From Nitrospirota bacterium (lineage in GTDB: Bacteria; Nitrospirota; UBA9217), in assembly GCA_963751455.1 (NCBI GenBank), contig CAVVUN010000010.1, forward strand, positions 1-34,655: a stretch of DNA of 34,655 bases. Reading direction: 5' to 3'. This document shows positions 28,157 to 34,655 of this stretch, in pieces; the first letter of the stretch is position 1, and every line of letters begins with the position of its first letter. The notes under the pieces were generated by a model. It did not search any database and had not been told where the DNA came from. It saw nothing but the letters and a program-made list of their open reading frames with translations. The position numbers and the translations under genes are program-made.

Positions 28157-29483
28157 ATGCGAAGACCAATAAAAATACTGGTAGCGGACGATGAAAAGAA
28201 TATCCGGCTTTTACTGAAAAACGAGCTGTCCGGGAACGACACGGAAGTGCATGAAGCAGGCACCGGGCAGGCAGCCCTCGACATGCTTAAAGAGGATGAA
28301 TACGACATACTTCTCCTCGACCTCAACATGCCGGGCGTCAGCGGCATTGACGTCCTTAAAGAAATCAAAAACCAGCAGATCCTGGCCGAAGTAGTTGTCC
28401 TTACGGCCCATGCAACCGTAACGACAGCGGTCGAGGCAATGAAGCTGGGAGCATACGATTTTATCACCAAGCCCTTCAAAATAGAAGAGCTGAAGGCCGT
28501 GATGGAGAAGGCCTTTGAGAAGAAAACAATCGTGAACGAGAACCTGCTCCTGAAAACCCAGATAAAAATCCAATCGGATGCCGGCACGATCATAACCGGC
28601 AACCGACAGATGCTCGAAGATTCTCGAAACGGTAAAAAAGATGGCTACTTCGGATTTGCCTGTCCTGATCAGCGGTGAAAGCGGCGTGGGCAAAGAACTC
28701 GTCGCACGGGCAGTGCATGACGATTCGGGCAGGTCCGGACAGTTCATCCCGATCAATTGCGGCGCCATTCCTGAAACGATGATCGAGAGCGAGCTTTTCG
28801 GAAATGAACGCGGGGCCTTTACCGGTGCTCAGGCAAGAAAACTGGGCCTGCTCGAAATAGCCGACAATGGCTCGCTTTTCCTGGATGAAATCGGGGAATT
28901 GCCGCAGTCTCTCCAGGTCAAGCTTCTGCGCGTGCTGGAAACAAAGCAATTCTTCAGGATCGGGGGCGTCAAGGAAATCAAGGTCGACGTCAAATTCATA
29001 TCCGCCTCCAACAAGGATATCAAGGCGGAGGTCGGAAAGGGCGCCTTCAGGGCGGACCTCTATTACCGGATCAGCGCCCTGGGCCTGACCGTGCCGCCGC
29101 TCAGGGAACGGAGAGAAGACATCCCTGTCCTGATCGAACATTTCAAAAAGAAAAATCCCGCCTTTAAGCGAAAACACTTCAACAACGACGCGCTCTCAAT
29201 CCTCTCGCAGTATCCCTGGCCCGGAAATGTGCGGGAACTTCACAATCTTATCCATCGGGTTCTCCTCCTTTCCCCCGGCGACACAATCGAACCATGCGAC
29301 CTGCCGCCCGATCTTATCAATTGCGGGATGGAAAGCAGCATGCTTCTGGATGATGTGGAAAAGCAGCATATTCTCTCCATTCTGAAACAAGCAGGCGGCC
29401 ATCGCGGCAAAGCCGCTGAACTCCTCGGCATAAATCCAAAAACGCTTTACCGGAAACTCCTGGATTACGGGGTGAAGGAATGA
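28157..29483 (+). CDS. Sigma54-dependent response regulator (NtrC/AtoC family); +1 frameshift at about 28619
   Basis: REC domain (ADDE, LLDLNMP, KP) joins the AAA+ domain (GESGVGKE, GAFTGA, LDEIGE, WPGNVREL) and Fis HTH once the extra G in CTCGAAGATT is removed (MLEILETVKKMA). Confidence 0.9.
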
Positions 29484-32340
29484 GCATCAGCAGGAAGTTC
29501 GCGCTCTGGATCGTGTCAGTGCTTCTCGCCGCTGCCGGAGTGAGCATCTACCTTTTTTACGTGGTTGAAATGCGGGCAGAGACCAAGAAACTCGAATTGT
29601 TCGGAAAATTGTCCGGCCGGGTCATCGAGGAAAGCCTGATCACGTTCATGCAGAGACGCGACAATGCAGGGTTGAATCGAAAACTCGACGAAGTCAAAGC
29701 CGGCAGTGATACGGTCAGCCGGATATTATTGCTGAACACGGCGGGCGAGGTCAGGGCCGCTTCAGAAAAGGAGCTGATCGGGAAAAAATTTTCAACCGTT
29801 GATCCCGGGTGCAGAGAGTGTCATGAAAATGGGCACAAGGGCATTCTCATGAACGGCAACAGCTCCGTATCGCTGGGCTGCACCGGTCCTCAATAAGCCC
29901 ATATGTCACGGCTGCCATGATCCCCGGACCTGGAACAACGGCCTGCTTATCATCGATTTTTCCGTCAGCGAATTTGTGCGCCATGTCAGGCAGGAACTCT
30001 TCGCCGGCAGTGCCTTCATCATCACGGCCCTGTTCGTTATCGGCTGGATGATGGTCTATTTATCGGAGACGCTCGTCAGCAGGCGGTTAAACAGCATGGC
30101 GTTAAAGATGAAAGACTTTCAGGAGGGCAATTTTACCATAGGGCAGCCGGTGGAAGGCAGCGACGAGATTACGAGGCTCGAAATCGGCTTTAACGAGCTT
30201 GCGCAGGTGGTCACGATCCGGGAGGGGGAAAAAAACCGGCTGGTTGAAGAGGTCCACGCAACGAACGAACAGCTGCAGCGCGAAATTGCCGGGCGGGAGC
30301 GCTGGGAGCGCACGCTGCACGAGCAGCTCCAGTTTCTCCAGCGCATGATCGATACCATACCCATGCCCATTTTTTACAAGGACCTTGCAGGGGCCTACCT
30401 GGGCTGCAACAAGGCGTTCGAGCTTTTTCTCGGCATATCAAAAGAGAAGTTTGTAAGGAAGACCGTTTTCGACTTAGCGCCAAAAGCGCTTGCCGATAAA
30501 TATCATCAAATGGACAGGGACCTGATCGAACACCCGGGCGTTCAAGTCTACGAATATTCAGTCAAGCATGCTGACGGCTCTGTCCGCGACGTCATCTTCA
30601 ACAAGGCGACATTTACCGATGCCGGGGGAAAGGTTGCCGGGCTGATCGGCGCAATGCATGACATAACCGAACGGAAAAAGATCGAAGCCGCTTCAAGACG
30701 GGCCGAACAGGTAATTAAGCGCAACTACGACACGCAGACTGCCATTAACTGGATCCTGCACATCTCCCTTGAGAATCTTACTCTTGACGGCATTTTGAAA
30801 CAGGCGCTTGATATCATTCTCTCGATTCCCTGGCTGTCGATCGAATCAAAGGGCGCAATCTTCCTGGTTGAAGAAGAACCCGACAAACTGGTCATGAAGG
30901 TGCAGAGGGGGCTCTCGGACCATCTGCACCAGGAATGCAAAATCGTTCCATTCGGTAAGTGCCTCTGCGGAAGGGCAGCTGCGCGGGGAGACGTGCAGTT
31001 TGCCGACCGCCTTGACGACCGCCACGAAGTCACCTACGACGGGATCGCAGGGCACGGTCATTACTGCATCCCGATCATGGATGCGCAGCGCGTGCTCGGT
31101 GTCATAAATATGTATTTAAAGGAAGGACACAGGCGGGACGATAAGGAAATCGAGTTTTTGAATGCAATGGCGAGCGCCCTGGCCGGGGTCATTCAGCGCA
31201 AGCGGACCGAGGACGAACGGGAAAAACTGATCAAAAAGCTTCAGGCGGTCCTGGACACGGTATCCCGTTCGCAGCAGGAATGGCGCAACACTTTCGACAG
31301 CATCACGGACATGATCGCCATCCTGGACAGGGAATTTTGCATAGTGAAAGCGAACAAGGCCTTTTCCGCGTATTTCGGCCTGCTGCCGCAGGAGGTCATC
31401 AAAAGAAAATGTTATGAGCTGATGCACGACGGAACTTCCGCGATACCGAATTGTCCTCACCAGACGACTTTAACCCAGAACATCGCGGCTGCAGAGGAGT
31501 TTCTCGACAAAAGGACGAACAGATTGTTCCGCGTTTTTACGTTCCCCTACCATTCTCCGGAAGGGGAGATCATCGGGTCTATTCACATCTCCCGCGACAT
31601 AACCGAAGATAAGGAAAAGGAAACGCGCCTTATCATGAGCGAACGGCTTGCGGCGCTTGGCCAGATGGCCTCCGGCATCGCCCACGAGATCAATAATCCC
31701 CTTGCCTCGATTGCCGGATGCTCGGAAGGGCTCATGACGAGGGCCCAAAAGGGGAATTGGGACGCTAAACTGTTTGAAGCCTACCTCGGCATTATCCAGG
31801 AAGAGGTCTTCAGGTGCAAAAGCATCACTACTGCAATATTGTCGTTTGTGAGGAAAAGCAGCTATGAGAAAAAAGAGGTTGCCCTGAACGGCATTCTCGA
31901 CAAAACGCTCGAAGATCATCGGATTTCAGGGGAGGCTGAAAAACATCGAAATACAACGGCGCTACCAGCTGGAGGAGCCTGTTATTATTCGAGGCAATGA
32001 AGGCGAACTCAGGCAGGTTTTCCTTGCCGTGATAACCAATGCCCTGGACGCGATGTATGACAAGGGCAGCCTGGTCCTTGAAACAGCTGCCCGGGACGGT
32101 TCAGCCGTTATTCGCATCAGCGACACAGGTTCCGGAATATCACCGGAAAACATGGTCAAGATTTTCGATCCCTTCTATACGACCAAGGCAGACAGGGGCG
32201 GGACCGGTCTCGGCCTCTCCATTGCGCGCAAGATAATTGCGAACCATAACGGCAGCATCCAGGCAGATTCCGATCCCGGAAAAAGCACAACCATAACCAT
32301 AACCATAACTATTACTCTTCCTCACGAGACTCTCCAATAG
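29480..32340 (+). CDS. Sensor histidine kinase (periplasmic double-CxxCH domain, HAMP, PAS, GAF, PAS, HisKA, HATPase_c); +1 frameshifts at about 29867 and 31914
   Basis: Three consecutive frames join into one kinase: CRECH, CHGCH, AHEINNP, ELRQVF..NALDA, DTGSG, GTGLGL. Start overlaps the regulator stop (ATGA). Confidence 0.88.
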
Positions 32341-32482
32341 TTTAAATCTGATTTCCCAAACAATGAAATACTCTTTTTTGAGCATTTTTAGTTTGTAGGA
32401 CATTCCGCCCGATAGGCAAGGCAGCCTGCCTTAATCCCTTTCACATCCTGTTAGAAATCCCTGTCAAATCAGTACCTTTAAT

Positions 32483-32499
32483 TCGGCATACTACTTGCT
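32483..32499 (+). promoter_or_regulatory. Sigma54 (-24/-12) promoter
   Basis: TCGGCATACTACTTGCT = GG-N10-GC with TTGC at -12, upstream of the two-CW/cheW/MCP genes. Confidence 0.65.
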
Positions 32500-32587
32500 C
32501 TCCTATAGTGACAAGAACACTGTTTATCCCGGAAGCGATATGCTGCTTGATGTCGAAGAAGGAAAAATCACTTCAGGAGGCAATAAC

Positions 32588-32959
32588 ATGGGAATTAATT
32601 GCTGGGAATTTAAGAAATGCGGCAGGGAACCGGGCGGCAAAAAAGCAGCGGAACTCGGTGTCTGCCCTGCAACTACGTACACAATACTGAACGGCGTCCA
32701 TGGCGGCAAGAACGCGGGCCGCGCCTGCTGGGTCGTGGCCGGGTCGCTCTGCGGCGGGAAGATACAGGGGACCTATGCTCAGAAGCTGAACAACTGCTGG
32801 AGGTGCGAATTCATGAATGCTGTAAAAAAAGAGGAGGAACCTGCACCGTGGGGTTTTTGTCATACTCGCCTCGGCATGGACAGGACTCTTGAAAAGATAA
32901 AGGACAAAAAGGCGGCGACCGCTCAACCTGCGGCTGCACTGCAGTCCACAGGGCGTTAA
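32588..32959 (+). CDS. Cys-rich two-CW domain protein
   Basis: NCWEFKKC..CPA..GRACWVVAGSLC..CWRCEF; AGGAGG SD before ATG 32588. Confidence 0.8.
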   Translation: MGINCWEFKKCGREPGGKKAAELGVCPATTYTILNGVHGGKNAGRACWVVAGSLCGGKIQGTYAQKLNNCWRCEFMNAVKKEEEPAPWGFCHTRLGMDRTLEKIKDKKAATAQPAAALQSTGR

Positions 32960-32998
32960 ACCGGTTGGACCGGAAGCAAAATATCAAGGAGGAAAGAA

Positions 32999-33481
32999 AT
33001 GGCTAAGAACCTTCAGCTGGTTGTGTTCAATATCGGCAAAGAACTCTACGGTGTCGGCATAGAATCCGTGCACGAGATCGTAAAAGTGCCCGATATCACG
33101 CAGGTGCCCGATGCGCCCCGTTTTCTTGAGGGTGTGATCAACTTGAGGGGCAAGATAATTCCGGTAGTGGACCTCAGAAAGAGGCTCAATCTGCAGGGGA
33201 AGGAAAGGAACAAATCGTCCAGGGTTCTCATTACAGAGAACGAGGGGCGCCTTATCGGGCTGCTCGTTGACGCGGTATCCGAGGTCCTCAAACTGCATCC
33301 TGATGCTATCGAGGCCCCTCCTGAAATGGTTTCCGCAATCGGCGTCGAGTACATAACGGGTGTGGCGAAGGTCGGGGAACGGCTGGTTATCCTTCTTACC
33401 CTTCAGAAAGTGCTGAATCTCGACGACATGAAAAAAGTCGTGAAAGTGATTGAAAAATCAGCCGGTTCTCAGGCTGCATAG
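32999..33481 (+). CDS. cheW: Chemotaxis coupling protein CheW
   Basis: QLVVFNIG..YG, VPDAP, GVINLRGKIIPVVDLR, IGLLVDAV. Confidence 0.95.
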   Translation: MAKNLQLVVFNIGKELYGVGIESVHEIVKVPDITQVPDAPRFLEGVINLRGKIIPVVDLRKRLNLQGKERNKSSRVLITENEGRLIGLLVDAVSEVLKLHPDAIEAPPEMVSAIGVEYITGVAKVGERLVILLTLQKVLNLDDMKKVVKVIEKSAGSQAA

Positions 33482-33511
33482 AATTCTAAATAAAGGCAAG
33501 GAGACCGAATA

Positions 33512-34655
33512 ATGAAGTGGACTATCGGGAAAAAATTGACTGCCGGCTTCATGAGTCTTGTCCTGTTGCTCATCATCGTCAGCGTCGTGGCATACGCCAA
33601 CATGACAAGCATGGCCAGAAGTTCCGAATTTATATCATCGGCTGCGGAGATCAAGAACAGCTGTACTGCCCTCGCGAGGGATTTTATACGCCAGCAGGAT
33701 GGTTATACCGACTATTCACTCACGAGAGAGTCCGAGGTAAAAAAAGAGATCGCTGAAGACGGCGAGCTGGTGAGAAAGGACATCGAAATACTGAAGGTGC
33801 TCCTTGCGGGCAAGGAAACCGGCGTCTCGAATGACGACATTCTGAAAATTCATGAACAATTCGAGACTACCGGCGAAATGATGGCATCCCTCTATATCCA
33901 GGGCAAGCAGGCGGAGGGGAATGCCGCAATGGAAAAGTTCGACGGCGTCATTTCCAAGATCGAAAAACAGATGGCAAAACTGGAAGACTTTGCTAATAGA
34001 AACAGCGCCGATGCTGTAAAAGCGGCTGCTGATTCGAAAAGAACGGCCAATATACTGATCATCGGCATTTCGTTGCTGTCAGTCATGATCGCGATTATTC
34101 TGGGGCTCTTCCTGTCGCGGTCGATAGCTATCCCCGTGATTGAAGTAGCGCGCATTGCCGGCAGGATCGCTGAGGGAGACATCGACCAGGATGTCAGGAT
34201 AGAACGGGATGATGAAATAGGGACCCTGGCCGCATCGTTCAGGGAAATGATAACTTATCTGAAAGCAATGGCAAACGCGGCCGGCAACATCGCGGAAGGA
34301 GACCTGCGCTCCGATGTTAAGCCGAAGTCCGGCAAGGACGTACTCGGTAATGCATTTGTTGCGATGTCATTATATCTGAAAGGGATGGCACAAGCGGCGG
34401 GTGACATAGCCGAGGGGGACCTGGGGTCCGATGTGACACCGAAGTCGGAGCGGGACGTTCTCGGGAACGCCTTTAAAAGGATGAACGGATACCTGAAGAG
34501 CATGGCAGCAGCGGCAAGCGACATCGCTGAGGGCGACCTCAGGTCCGAAGTGACGCCCAAATCCGACAGGGACGTTCTTGGAAACGCTTTCCATTCGATG
34601 ATCCAGTCCTTGAGGAATATTATCGGGGATGTGCGCTCCGGCGCTAACGATATTG
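33512..34655 (+). CDS. Methyl-accepting chemotaxis protein with periplasmic helical sensor and poly-HAMP (3' truncated)
   Basis: AAGGAG SD; open frame MKWTIGKKLTAGF..TM1..TM2..IAEGD..DEIGTLA, then three 39-aa HAMP-like repeats; follows cheW. The signalling domain lies beyond the window. Confidence 0.85.
   Translation, partial: MKWTIGKKLTAGFMSLVLLLIIVSVVAYANMTSMARSSEFISSAAEIKNSCTALARDFIRQQDGYTDYSLTRESEVKKEIAEDGELVRKDIEILKVLLAGKETGVSNDDILKIHEQFETTGEMMASLYIQGKQAEGNAAMEKFDGVISKIEKQMAKLEDFANRNSADAVKAAADSKRTANILIIGISLLSVMIAIILGLFLSRSIAIPVIEVARIAGRIAEGDIDQDVRIERDDEIGTLAASFREMITYLKAMANAAGNIAEGDLRSDVKPKSGKDVLGNAFVAMSLYLKGMAQAAGDIAEGDLGSDVTPKSERDVLGNAFKRMNGYLKSMAAAASDIAEGDLRSEVTPKSDRDVLGNAFHSMIQSLRNIIGDVRSGANDI
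34256..34606 (+). repeat. Three tandem 117-bp (39-aa) HAMP-like repeats
   Basis: YLKxMAxAAxxIAEGDLxSxVxPKSxxDVLGNAF starts at 34256, 34373 and 34490. Confidence 0.85.

Noticed and set aside
28157-32340. Pseudogenised two-component system or programmed frameshifting
   Set aside because: No in-frame stops or motif decay and no slippery heptamers; the pattern fits consensus errors.
33517-33756. 79-aa + strand ORF from the track
   Set aside because: Out of frame with the real MCP starting at 33512.

Overview
A 34.7-kb bacterial chromosomal segment rich in signalling genes. Gene content suggests an anaerobe of Nitrospirota/Desulfobacterota type (inference only). About 30 CDS; no rRNA, tRNA, CRISPR array or transposase was seen. 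Left part: M50 site-2 protease with CBS domains, TauE/SafE transporter, orphan RpoD-like sigma factor, a coupled APH-fold kinase plus APS-kinase-like pair, a PP-loop tRNA thiolase-like protein, nfi and sixA. Centre: an AioX/ArrX-like periplasmic oxyanion-binding lipoprotein, a 6-PAS HisKA_3 kinase and a NarL/UvrY-type regulator (XSR layout), preceded by a second 6-PAS kinase with a near-identical transmitter domain. Next come small genes (ICMT family, lipoprotein, SGNH hydrolase, ferredoxin, CMD, M28 peptidase) and a lipid cluster (acyl ligase-ACP-PlsC fusion, patatin lipoprotein, MqnP). Right end: a sigma54 regulator and a kinase with a periplasmic double-CxxCH domain, upstream of a sigma54 promoter for two-CW protein, cheW and a poly-HAMP MCP (truncated by the window). 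Intergenic DNA carries a family of palindromic elements built from 9-nt units, some of them nested. Five frameshifts are present. Four are single extra bases at a codon wobble position and look like consensus artefacts from a strain mixture.
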